From Leptospiraceae bacterium (GTDB lineage: Bacteria > Spirochaetota > Leptospiria > Leptospirales > Leptonemataceae): a DNA stretch of 64,000 nt. Position 1 is the first letter of the stretch. Each line of letters starts with the position of its first letter. The position numbers and the translations under genes were made by a program. The stretch is from contig JAVJNR010000006.1 of assembly GCA_040217195.1 (NCBI GenBank), positions 160,001 through 224,000 on the forward strand. Reading direction: 5' to 3'. The notes beneath the pieces were generated by a model. The model was not told the origin of the DNA, did not search any database, and saw nothing but the letters and a program-made list of their open reading frames with translations. Shown piece after piece: positions 19,491 to 29,054 of the stretch.

Positions 19491-21047
19491 CTAGAACCAG
19501 CTACTCTTCCTTCGCCGACTTTTTTTAAGCCCTATGGCACCCATGAGCCCCCGGGTAATCTCTCGAGCAACCGTTCGACCTACATCCCGGACAATCTTAC
19601 TATCGAACACTTTTTCCATCAAGGACTCTTCCTCTTCGGTTTTTCTTTGCGATTTCCGTGTGCTCCCTTTTTTATCGTCGTTCGAATCTTCCAGGCGTTT
19701 CTCTGCCTTTTCGTTCAGGATTTCATAGGCGCTTTTGCGATCCACGGATTCATTGTATTTCTGTGCAAATTCAGAGGCCTTTACCAGATCATTTACTTCT
19801 GCAGTGCTCAGCACATCCATTCTGGAGCAAGGGGCGCACATAAGACTGTGCACAAGGGGGGTAGGCTTTCCTTTCTCTGTCAGGCCGGTAATCATGGCTT
19901 CGCCGATTCCCAGTTCAGTGAGAAGACGGTCAGTCTTATAATCATCGCTCAAAGGGAAGTTTTCTGCAGCGGTCTTGATGGCCTTTCTATCTTTGGCGGT
20001 AACCGCTCGTAGTGCATGCTGCACTCTGGTTCCAAGTTGCGAAAGCACGGCAGCCGGAACATCCTGTGGATTCTGAGTTACGAAAAAAAGACCCACTCCC
20101 TTGGAACGAATTAGCTTGGTCATGGTTTCTATTTGTTCCAGAAGAGTTTTGCTTGCACGATCGAATATTAGGTGGGCTTCGTCTAGAAAGATTACAAGCT
20201 CAGGTTTATCCGGATCGCCCAGTTCTGGCATCTCTTGATAGATTTCGGCCAATAGCTGCAGCATAAACGTAGAAAACAGAGCAGGCTTGCTTTGCATGTC
20301 CATGAGTCGGACTATGGAAATGACTCCCTGTCCGTTTCTCTTTTGAAGTAGGTCCTTAACTTCAAAGGAACGTTCGCCAAAAAATTCATCCGCCCCTTGC
20401 TGTTCCAGGGCTACTATTTTGCGAAGAATAGTGCCGGTGGATGCGCCGGAAACCTTTCCGTAGTCTTCCTCGAAGGATTCTTTACCGTCCTCCATTACGA
20501 AGGTTAGGGCCTTCTTTAGGTCTTTAAGGTCCAGAAGTAGCAGTCCTTTATCGTCGCAGAACTGCATAATAACGGTGAGTACGGAAGACTGGGTATCATT
20601 CAGATCAAGTATTCTAGACAGAAGAAGAGGACCAAACTCAGTAACCGTGGCTCTTAGAGTTCCGCCTTTTGATTTCTTGCTCAGACTGTAGAGCTCGCAG
20701 GGCAGGGCCATGGGCTTGTAATCTGCTCCGATGGTTTTCATCCTCTTTAGGATGCCATCGCTTTTTTCTCCCGGAGCGGCCAGTCCTGAAAGGTCACCCT
20801 TAATATCCATGACCAGGCAGGGCACGCCCTGCAGGGATAGTTCGCCTGCCATATGTTGCAGAGATTTCGTTTTTCCTGTACCGGTTGCCCCTGCGATAAG
20901 ACCATGCCTGTTTAAAGTCTTAAGGGGGAGTCGAATTTGACAGCCTTTCTGCGGCTCCCCATCCTTCATGGCCAGTCCAAGAAGGATGCTTTTGTCCGGG
21001 TCCAGTTCGTATGCTTTGTTGATTCTAGATGCGAAATCAGTGGCCAT
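19491..21047 (-). CDS. DUF853/YjgR HerA-like P-loop ATPase
   Basis: NRHGLIAGATGTGKT, DIKGDLSG, FLDEAH, LIRSKGVG, QHALRA. Confidence 0.92.
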   Translation of the reverse strand: MATDFASRINKAYELDPDKSILLGLAMKDGEPQKGCQIRLPLKTLNRHGLIAGATGTGKTKSLQHMAGELSLQGVPCLVMDIKGDLSGLAAPGEKSDGILKRMKTIGADYKPMALPCELYSLSKKSKGGTLRATVTEFGPLLLSRILDLNDTQSSVLTVIMQFCDDKGLLLLDLKDLKKALTFVMEDGKESFEEDYGKVSGASTGTILRKIVALEQQGADEFFGERSFEVKDLLQKRNGQGVISIVRLMDMQSKPALFSTFMLQLLAEIYQEMPELGDPDKPELVIFLDEAHLIFDRASKTLLEQIETMTKLIRSKGVGLFFVTQNPQDVPAAVLSQLGTRVQHALRAVTAKDRKAIKTAAENFPLSDDYKTDRLLTELGIGEAMITGLTEKGKPTPLVHSLMCAPCSRMDVLSTAEVNDLVKASEFAQKYNESVDRKSAYEILNEKAEKRLEDSNDDKKGSTRKSQRKTEEEESLMEKVFDSKIVRDVGRTVAREITRGLMGAIGLKKSRRRKSSWF

Positions 21048-21120
21048 GGACCAATATGAAAAAATTGGAAGGCCAGGTCAATCCAAACGCCGGCCCCAGG
21101 CGTTGAGCCTTAATCGCGTA

Positions 21121-21843
21121 TTAGTGAGACTCTTTCCAGTAATCTTTCAGAAATCCATCTCGGCCGGAACCGACTCGATAGCGGTTGTAATGTACCGGGT
21201 TCTTCTTGTAGTAATCTTGATGGTAATCCTCTGCAAGCCAGAACTTGCCGGAGAATGGCAGAATTCTAGTGACGATGGGCTTTTCGAATCGCCCGGACTG
21301 TGCGAGTTCCTGTTTACTTGATTCTGCCAGGCTTTTCTCCTCTGGCGTCTGGTAAAAGATGACTGTGCGATATTGCTCGCCTATGTCATAGAATTGACCA
21401 TTGTCCTGCATCGGATTAATATTTCTCCAAAAGATTTTTAAGAGTTCTGAGTAGGTAATCTCCTCTGGATCGTACAGAACGATAACAGACTCAATGTGCT
21501 TTGTGGAACCGGAGGCAACTTCTTTGTAGGAAGGGCCCTGCTTCTCTCCGCCGGTATATCCGGAATACACTTCTTTGACTCCGGGTACCTTTTCGAATGG
21601 ACCTTCCATGCACCAGAAACAACCGCCGGCAAAGATGGCTACGGAATACTCGGTGTTTTCCAGGTCGAAGGCCTTTGTAGAACCTGACTCTGCTCTTGCT
21701 TGATTTGCATCGCCGCAGGAGAATAGAAGTGAGGAAACTACCAGCAGGGCTCCCAGGCGACTGGTAGCACGGTTCTTGCGAATCCCATTTCTTGATCTGG
21801 TCGTCGCTTCGAGTGATGTCTTGCTTACTTCGCCTGGTTCCAT
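21121..21843 (-). CDS. msrA: peptide-methionine (S)-S-oxide reductase, probable lipoprotein (start uncertain)
   Basis: GGCFWC, SGYTGG, GQF.D.G.QYR, AEDYHQDYY; lipobox-like LLFSC. Confidence 0.93.
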   Translation of the reverse strand: MEPGEVSKTSLEATTRSRNGIRKNRATSRLGALLVVSSLLFSCGDANQARAESGSTKAFDLENTEYSVAIFAGGCFWCMEGPFEKVPGVKEVYSGYTGGEKQGPSYKEVASGSTKHIESVIVLYDPEEITYSELLKIFWRNINPMQDNGQFYDIGEQYRTVIFYQTPEEKSLAESSKQELAQSGRFEKPIVTRILPFSGKFWLAEDYHQDYYKKNPVHYNRYRVGSGRDGFLKDYWKESH

Positions 21844-21978
21844 TGTATTGCTCCAATTCGGAAAAAGATTCCTTCTGTACAGAGGAAATTTCGCCTGCGG
21901 AGCCCCGCAGGTTACAGCAAAGACTTTACCGGGTATCAAAACGATGTATAGTGGCCGGAAGCGATCCGGGAGACATAA

Positions 21979-24123
21979 ATGCGATTTGGAGAATTCTTGG
22001 TACAACAAGGGGCAATTACAACCTCAGAATTGCTATCTGCATTGGAAACCCAGCGGCAGAGTTCCCGAAATTTGGCCCTTCTGGAGATCACCGGGGACAC
22101 AATTACGGAAGGGGATCTGGTCCGGATCGACAGCCATCAGAAGTATGCAAGAAAAAGCTACGTTCAGTGCCTGCTGGAGCTGCGGATTCTTACAGAAGCT
22201 CAAGTAGATAATTATAAGGAATTAATCAATACTTACAGAATCCCTCTGGGCGAGATACTGCAGCGAATGGAGGTTCTTTCCCGGGGTGAAGTGCGTCACT
22301 GGCATGATCTGTATGAAGTAAGGAAGGAACGTACAGATGGGCTTGTTCGAATACTCTCCGGCGATGATTCATTTGCCCATTTCACTCAGGATGAATTGAT
22401 CACCCTCACTCGTAGCGCACATTTGATGCATGTTCAACCCGGAGAGTTGATTTACGCAGAGGATACTCCTGCTGATGCAGTATATATAATCGAAACAGGA
22501 ATGGTCTTTCTCAGTGCAGGTAGTGGTCAGGAAGCCATGGAGATTGGAGTACTCCAATCCGGCTCTATTTTCGGATTGCATGCGGCTGTCCTGGGAGAGG
22601 ATCGACTGGAGGCTGCTCGGGCAGTATATTCGGGCCACATCTGGAAAGTGGATTACTCTGAGATTCGCATGATTGTTGATAAGGCTCCTGAGCAATCTCT
22701 TGACCTGACAAAGAGCGCTGCCCGCAACATGTCCTACATACTTCGCAGCGTACGGGATCGCAAACGGGCTTTTGAAAGCAATGTGTTCACCATTTTCCAT
22801 GTGCGCTCAGACGCTTCCTCCTCTGTCGATTTTTCCGTTTCCTTATTGGCCGGACTGGAGAATCATATATCAGGAAAAACGCAGGTCATATTCAATCGCA
22901 CTCAAGACGAATTTCCTGAAGGAACTTCAGATTTCTCTTCTGGTTCTCTCAACCTCCTACATTTGCCAGGATTGAACGAATCAAAAGATTACCACCGACT
23001 CCTTGGATGGATTCATGAAGAGGCCAGGCATATAGAAAACCTTATATTTTTTGTTGAAATGGATCCTCACAGGGGAATTTCTCAGGAGTTGATGGGTCTC
23101 TTATCGGAGAGTAGTAGGCAGACCGTTACAGTGTGCGAAGACTCCCGAGTACCTGCGGGTCTGGAGTTCAACCCTCGAAAGGATCGAGTGTACTTGCAGC
23201 GAAGTCATGAACCAGACCAGGGGCATGACTTTGATTTATTGAAACAGAGAGTCGGCAAGGTGCTCGGGCCAGTACTCATTGATCTGTCCGACAAAACATC
23301 CATCGAATTGATCCAGAGACGCTTGTTTCGTAGGGAGGTTGGAGTTGTCTTTGGAGGCGGAGGAGCAAAATGTCCGGCCCACATAGGTGTTATGGCTGTC
23401 CTGGAAGAAGAAGGTATTCCGGTGCATATGGTTGCTGGAAGCAGCAGCGGAGCACTGATTGGTGGACTATGGTGCCATGGTTACGGTGCCACAGAGTTAG
23501 AAAAGATTTATCTGGACTTCTGGCAGTACAAGAAACAAAGATTTCCGGACTGGGTTCTTCCCTTTCGCGGCCATGTTGCTGGTGGAAAACCCGGGAGTCG
23601 ATTCTTGCTGAAGCACATGGGTGATTCGAAGACCTACGATTGTAAGATCCCCTTCTATCCGGTAGCTGTTGATTTTAAACGAGGCAAGGATATACCCCTT
23701 TATGGGATTACAATGGAAAGGGCGATTTTTGGCTGTCAGTCGATTCCTGGTTTTCTGCCTCTGGTGCCCTACGAAGACACTTACCTGGCCGACACAGCAC
23801 TTGCTAACAACGTTCCTTCTTCGGTATTGGCATCCGAAGGAGCCGCTGCCATTATCAGTGTTAATATCAGTCCATCCCCAGAGGGTACCTTTCGGGGACA
23901 TTCATCAGTTCCGGGCAATATATTAAGAAGTTCAGAAGTGATGATGCATCAGACCACGTCCAGACACGTAGAGTTTACCGATATCGAAATCAAACCAGAC
24001 GTAGGGATGTACGGAATGTTTGACTTTGATAAGAGCGATGTTTTTATCAAACTCGGCCGCGAAGCCACGCAAAAAAAGATACCCGAAATTCGCGCTCTGC
24101 TAGAGCAGCGAAACCTACTGTAG
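21979..24123 (+). CDS. MshEN-like + cNMP-binding + patatin-like phospholipase
   Basis: N-terminal RFGEFLVQQGAITTSELLSALETQ; cNMP domain VYIIETG...GSIFG...R; patatin GGGGAK, GSSSG, LADTALANNVP. Confidence 0.85.
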   Translation: MRFGEFLVQQGAITTSELLSALETQRQSSRNLALLEITGDTITEGDLVRIDSHQKYARKSYVQCLLELRILTEAQVDNYKELINTYRIPLGEILQRMEVLSRGEVRHWHDLYEVRKERTDGLVRILSGDDSFAHFTQDELITLTRSAHLMHVQPGELIYAEDTPADAVYIIETGMVFLSAGSGQEAMEIGVLQSGSIFGLHAAVLGEDRLEAARAVYSGHIWKVDYSEIRMIVDKAPEQSLDLTKSAARNMSYILRSVRDRKRAFESNVFTIFHVRSDASSSVDFSVSLLAGLENHISGKTQVIFNRTQDEFPEGTSDFSSGSLNLLHLPGLNESKDYHRLLGWIHEEARHIENLIFFVEMDPHRGISQELMGLLSESSRQTVTVCEDSRVPAGLEFNPRKDRVYLQRSHEPDQGHDFDLLKQRVGKVLGPVLIDLSDKTSIELIQRRLFRREVGVVFGGGGAKCPAHIGVMAVLEEEGIPVHMVAGSSSGALIGGLWCHGYGATELEKIYLDFWQYKKQRFPDWVLPFRGHVAGGKPGSRFLLKHMGDSKTYDCKIPFYPVAVDFKRGKDIPLYGITMERAIFGCQSIPGFLPLVPYEDTYLADTALANNVPSSVLASEGAAAIISVNISPSPEGTFRGHSSVPGNILRSSEVMMHQTTSRHVEFTDIEIKPDVGMYGMFDFDKSDVFIKLGREATQKKIPEIRALLEQRNLL

Positions 24124-24125
24124 CT

Positions 24126-25457
24126 CTAATCAGAATTCGATTTGGTCCGTTTCTCTCGGTAGGCGGTTGCCAGAATCAGGAATGCAAGCAGGCACAGAAA
24201 TGCTCCGAAATAACAGCTTGCTCGAATACCCAGGTCATCGCCGCGATCTTTGCCAAGAATCAAAAAAGATGCAAAGAAAGCCGCTCCGATGGTAAGTCCC
24301 ATCTTAAAACTGAAATTTCTACCAGCCACATAGATTGCCTCGGATACCTGGCCATCCCTTTCTCGGGCTTCTTCTATTAAATCGGTAATGACTGCCATGA
24401 CAAGCACCGTCATAGCTCCCAGGGGAATGCCGCCCAGACCAAATAGAATGATACCCTGAAGCACCGGGCTGAATTCATAGCGCCCCAGGGATCCAGCATA
24501 TAAAAGCAATACAGACAAAAAGCCGATGGTAGCGAGCATTACCGCTTTTTTTCCCCAGATCCGGGCTGCGAAATTTGCCAGGGGCGCTGTCAGAATGGAC
24601 GATGGAACCATGAGCAAAACCAGAAAGGCGTACAGTGATTCTTCTTTCTCGAGTAGCACAGTTACGTAGTAAACACCTCCGTTCTGGATTAGCTCCACGC
24701 ATGCAAAGAAAATTGAATAGGCCGCAATAAAACCCAGAAAGGATCGATCCTTCAAAACCGCGCGAAACGATCCGGAGGCAATGTTTGGCTCTGTGATAGG
24801 GGTATCGGTTCCTCGAAGGGTGATCAATGGCACCAGCATAAACAGTGCGGCGATGAAAGCCAGGATACCGAATGAAATTTGGCGGGCCATAAGGGGAGTC
24901 TCACCCTGGTCCTCTAATAACGACCAGATTAGCGCGGACTGTGCTGCCAGGATAATTCCAGTGGATTCGCCCAGTCCCTGGGCCGTGGCCAGGTTGATTC
25001 GCTCGCTTTCCGTATGAGCAAGTGCGGACATATGAGCCAGGAAAGGAGTTACGTAAGCACTGAGAGCAACGAATACCAGTGTGTGGAAAACAGCAACCCA
25101 TATGATATTTAGAATTCCGGGCCCCGCTTCGGGCGGTAGATAAACCAGGGCTACGGCGATGGCCGCGACCAGGAATGCCTTCTCCATAAAGGGTAATCTT
25201 CGTCCTCGCGGGTTTGTTGACCGATCCGTCAGGTAGGCGATGTAGGGATCTGCAAGCAGGTCCACGATTCGGGCCCCTACTATTATGGCAGTAAGGGTGG
25301 AAAGAAACCCAAAGAATGCATAAGACGATATTAATTGAGGCAGGCCTTCATGCTCGGGCGGTGCATAGAAATTTACCCAGTAAAGAACAATCAAGAACAG
25401 AGGAACTGTATAGCCAGTGGCCCCCAGCCAGTAAGTTAGATAGTGAATTTTCTTCAT
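24126..25457 (-). CDS. MFS transporter, MFS_2/GPH (MelB-like) family
   Basis: About 12 TM; DLLADPYIAYLTDR...GRRLPF, WGKK. Confidence 0.88.
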   Translation of the reverse strand: MKKIHYLTYWLGATGYTVPLFLIVLYWVNFYAPPEHEGLPQLISSYAFFGFLSTLTAIIVGARIVDLLADPYIAYLTDRSTNPRGRRLPFMEKAFLVAAIAVALVYLPPEAGPGILNIIWVAVFHTLVFVALSAYVTPFLAHMSALAHTESERINLATAQGLGESTGIILAAQSALIWSLLEDQGETPLMARQISFGILAFIAALFMLVPLITLRGTDTPITEPNIASGSFRAVLKDRSFLGFIAAYSIFFACVELIQNGGVYYVTVLLEKEESLYAFLVLLMVPSSILTAPLANFAARIWGKKAVMLATIGFLSVLLLYAGSLGRYEFSPVLQGIILFGLGGIPLGAMTVLVMAVITDLIEEARERDGQVSEAIYVAGRNFSFKMGLTIGAAFFASFLILGKDRGDDLGIRASCYFGAFLCLLAFLILATAYREKRTKSNSD

Positions 25458-25570
25458 TATATATTAGTTTTAGTCCCTGAATATCCCATCTGGCATTTTT
25501 AAAGCAGAAGCGTCTGCAAACTTACTCCACCCGAGCGAATGCATTAAATGAACTGAGACTGTCTGCCTCC

Positions 25571-26293
25571 TCAGTTCTTACCACCCGAACTGTCAATCAT
25601 GACTGCCGGGCTGCCCGGTGCCGGGAAACTGTAAGAAAGATTGGATAACCTGGCGATTTCAACCATACAATCATGCAAGAATACTTCCGGCCGATCCTTC
25701 GCAGAGAAGCTTCGCGGCTCACTAAATCGTAGAATGGCTCTACCACGGGGGAATCCCTTCAAATATTCGATGCCTGCGCAGTATACAGTCAGTGGGCTGG
25801 ATTCTGGTGGTTTTCCGGCCAGAAAGCGAAAACCGGCAACCTTGCCTTCGCCCATGTTCTCTGGATATACGGTTTGTTCTGGAAAAAGGACCATCATATT
25901 TCCGGAACCTGGATTTAAGCCGCCCGGATTGCGCTCGAACAGAACCTTCCGTGCGAACTTCAAGTAATTGCGAGATTTTTCCGGCTTGTCCCGGTCCAGG
26001 GGAATACCACCTATTCGATAAAAGAAGCCCAGGTATCGTTTTCGGGCCAGGCTGGCCTTCATGATGCACCATGCATGTCTGCGAAAGGCCTTTAGCATCC
26101 CACGATATCCGAGAAGTATGTCCAGTTCTTGTCTGTGCTTTGCTAGAATCAGCACTGGACCGGTGGTCTGGGCTGAAGCCGGCAGACTATATTCTTGTCT
26201 GAACAGTATTCGCAGCAGGACAGCCCCTGCAAGAGATAACAGGGCCGATGCGATCCGAGTTTTTCCAGGATGCGTGGCGGTGGATGTGCTCAT
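25571..26293 (-). CDS. lysophospholipid acyltransferase (PlsC-like)
   Basis: HRQELD (HxxxxD), GGIPLDR, FPEQT. Confidence 0.85.
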   Translation of the reverse strand: MSTSTATHPGKTRIASALLSLAGAVLLRILFRQEYSLPASAQTTGPVLILAKHRQELDILLGYRGMLKAFRRHAWCIMKASLARKRYLGFFYRIGGIPLDRDKPEKSRNYLKFARKVLFERNPGGLNPGSGNMMVLFPEQTVYPENMGEGKVAGFRFLAGKPPESSPLTVYCAGIEYLKGFPRGRAILRFSEPRSFSAKDRPEVFLHDCMVEIARLSNLSYSFPAPGSPAVMIDSSGGKN

Positions 26294-26456
26294 TAATATT
26301 AGTCCATCTGAAACTTGTATTCAATTCCAGAGTGCGAAGATACTAAATACTGTGCAATCGATGGAAAGAGTTATTACACATCTGAACTGTTGCAGCGAAG
26401 TCAATTCTATTTATCTTCGAAGGGCCCATGGCCCGGCCATTTCTAATGCGTTGGGA

Positions 26457-27350
26457 CTATCGGTGGCCATGGGCGACAACACGATGATAGATCCACTGGA
26501 TAAGGGAGTTCTGTGAGTTGCTAACCTTCATGTTTCCTTCGGTAGAGGAACTTTGTTTGGATTTGCTGCGAAACCCTGTCAGGTGAACGATAAGCAGAAT
26601 CGCTGCAAGTGCCAGGGAGGCGATGGCCAGCCCATCGGCAAGGATGAAGCTATGCCAGTTTGCTGTTCGATATAAGAATGGCGGAGCCGGTAGCACCAGA
26701 ATCATTCCCATGAGTAAAAACAGTGAATAGGTGCGCATCTCTGCGAATAGCCTGCCTCCACTGCCCATGAGAATTGCGGCCACGGAAAGGTGAATCACCG
26801 CGAAGCCCGCATATTCGCCTGTGGGTCGTTCCGGAGGATTGGTGCCCAGAACAAATACAAAATTCCAGAGTATATAAGCGGCAATCCAGATCCTTCCCAG
26901 ATCGTATTCTACCCGACCGGCATTCCGTTGAATGCTCCCGGGACCCGTAAGAGTTAATATTAGTATCACACCTGCAACTGCATTCAAAAGGTTGCCACCC
27001 ATGGATCGTTCAGGACCTCCTGAAACAACATCCAGTATCTCAAAGGCCACAGCTTCCAGAATGTTGACTATGAAAATGATGTACAATGCAATTCGTGGCC
27101 AGTTTGGTTGACTGCCAGCGAATCTGTACCATCCCACGATCAGACAGGCAAGGCCAGTGGACAGAAACTTCAAATATGCGAATGCTCCATCGGTGTGCGA
27201 AAACTGAGACTGGAAAAGCGGAAAAGAAACTCCGCTGATGCAGAGTATAATGGCCAAAAAGAAAACAGATTTTGGCAGCCTGGATAATACAAAGGTCACC
27301 AGGGCAACGGTCAGGATCATTATTGCGATCCAGATTAATATCTCAATCAT
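26457..27350 (-). CDS. multi-TM membrane protein (DUF5692-like)
   Basis: Hydrophobic; FAYLK, NILEAV, NAVAG, WIAAYILWNF. Confidence 0.65.
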   Translation of the reverse strand: MIEILIWIAIMILTVALVTFVLSRLPKSVFFLAIILCISGVSFPLFQSQFSHTDGAFAYLKFLSTGLACLIVGWYRFAGSQPNWPRIALYIIFIVNILEAVAFEILDVVSGGPERSMGGNLLNAVAGVILILTLTGPGSIQRNAGRVEYDLGRIWIAAYILWNFVFVLGTNPPERPTGEYAGFAVIHLSVAAILMGSGGRLFAEMRTYSLFLLMGMILVLPAPPFLYRTANWHSFILADGLAIASLALAAILLIVHLTGFRSKSKQSSSTEGNMKVSNSQNSLIQWIYHRVVAHGHR

Positions 27351-27585
27351 CTGTTTCTCCAGATTGTGCAGAAATCAAAGATACCAATATACGGCAGGCA
27401 TGTTTCGAAGAGCACCGAATAGTTACAACTTTCCTGAAACTCTCTCTGGAACGCTTAAGCGCAAGAAGAATCGGAGAAATTGTTGTTTCGGGCCGGCATT
27501 TCCGGATCTCCGAATCGTTGAAGTCCCGGAGCGGAAGAAAGGAAAACTCATTGACCTGCTGGAAGAAAAAGCTGCATAGAATCCT

Positions 27586-28362
27586 ATGGAAATCGTATTT
27601 ACCTCCGATGCTCTGATTGCTCTTCTTACCCTGACGATACTGGAAATTGTTCTGGGTATAGACAACATTATCTTTATCTCAATCCTGGCCGGTAAACTCC
27701 CTGAGGAACAGCAGGCCAAAGCCAGACAGATTGGTCTTGCCCTGGCCATGATCATGCGAATCTTGCTGCTGCTTTCGCTAAGCTGGATCATGGGTCTTAC
27801 AAAGCCACTTTTTGTAGTAACTGATTTTCTTTCATTCTTGAGTCCTGCAGATTGGGCGGCCATATCCGGCCGGGACCTGATACTTCTGTTTGGTGGATTG
27901 TTCTTACTCGGAAAGGCTACTGTAGAGATTCATGGAAAACTGGAAGGGGATGAGGGGCATGGAGGAGCAAAGGCCCGAGGGAAGCTACTGGCAACTCTGT
28001 TCCAGATCATGCTACTGGACCTGGTATTCTCTCTGGATTCTGTAATAACCGCTGTAGGGATGGCGGACCAGCTCTGGGTGATGATCACAGCGGTTGTAAT
28101 TGCTGTGGGCGTCATGATGATTTCTGCCAGTGCAATCAGCAATTTTGTGAATCAACATCCGACGGTGAAGATTCTGGCTTTGAGTTTTCTACTTCTGATT
28201 GGTTTTTCCCTGGTAATCGAAAGTATGGAGTATCATGTACCAAAAGGTTACATCTACTTTGCCATGGGGTTTTCGGTTTTCGTAGAGCTGCTTAATATGA
28301 AGTTTCGTACCAAGCGAGCGGAACCTGTGCAACTCCATAGCGCTTACAAAGAAGAGAACTAG
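27586..28362 (+). CDS. TerC family membrane protein
   Basis: LEIVLGIDN, DLVFSLDSVITAVG, HPTVKILAL, PKGYIYFAMGFS. Confidence 0.95.
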   Translation: MEIVFTSDALIALLTLTILEIVLGIDNIIFISILAGKLPEEQQAKARQIGLALAMIMRILLLLSLSWIMGLTKPLFVVTDFLSFLSPADWAAISGRDLILLFGGLFLLGKATVEIHGKLEGDEGHGGAKARGKLLATLFQIMLLDLVFSLDSVITAVGMADQLWVMITAVVIAVGVMMISASAISNFVNQHPTVKILALSFLLLIGFSLVIESMEYHVPKGYIYFAMGFSVFVELLNMKFRTKRAEPVQLHSAYKEEN

Positions 28363-28497
28363 AAATACAAACCCGATCCCTAATGGGGTTCTGATTCCCA
28401 ATTATCAGGACCCCATTAGTCCGAACGGCATCTCTTACAGTCCAAGAAAAACAGGAAAAACTAGAGAGGAACGTCTCTGATTGATAGCTTAAGCTGA

Positions 28498-28815
28498 GTT
28501 TTTCGCACAATCGTTGGACTTTCCAAACTCAATGATTATTTCAATAAGTTGAATAAGAACCTGAACCAGGGTGGCTTTCGCTTTAAAGAGCTCCAGAGAG
28601 TAGAGGATGGCAGTTACTTTATGGAATGGGTTTTTGAAGCCCGATTGAAGAGGCCGGCCCGGAGTCTGCAGGCTTGCGGAGTATCCTAGCTCATTCTGGA
28701 CGAGAAGAAAGGCAGAATCCGCAGCCAGAGAGATTATTTTGATCCAGGAGAAATGTTCTACGAGAATGTACCGGTTCTGGGTCGCTTCATTCGGAAGCTA
28801 AAGGGATGGATCTAA
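28498..28815 (+). pseudogene. SnoaL/NTF2-like family remnant (5'-truncated, internal TAG 28687-28689)
   Basis: Translation VFRTIVGLSKLNDYF...FMEWVF...GVS*LILD...RSQRDYFDPGEMFYENVPVLGRFIRKLK; no start codon, stops upstream in frame. Confidence 0.7.
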
Positions 28816-29054
28816 TTAATGGTCCACCGATTGCGCCCATCAGGTCCGACCTGAGGTCGCATCTTCGTGCCGAGGATGCGCTCGCCATCCCATCATATAA
28901 TGCTGGATCAACCATCATCGGTTGATTGGCCCTCATCGCCCTGAATCATTGGGCAACACTGGGGGGCATGTGGATTTTTCGTCGAATACTGTTTTGTCCA
29001 GGCCTGCAGCAATATAACTATTGACCCGGACTCCATGATTTAGGTTCTTTAGGA

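Noticed and set aside
21979..24123. CBASS/CapV-type antiphage effector
   Set aside because: No CD-NTase or other defence genes nearby; the architecture is regulatory and NTE-like
12969..28689. Genome-wide TAG reassignment suggested by two in-frame ambers
   Set aside because: TAG ends conserved genes at their expected C-termini (serB, terC, the ferritin-like gene, and the second flaB at the same length as the first)
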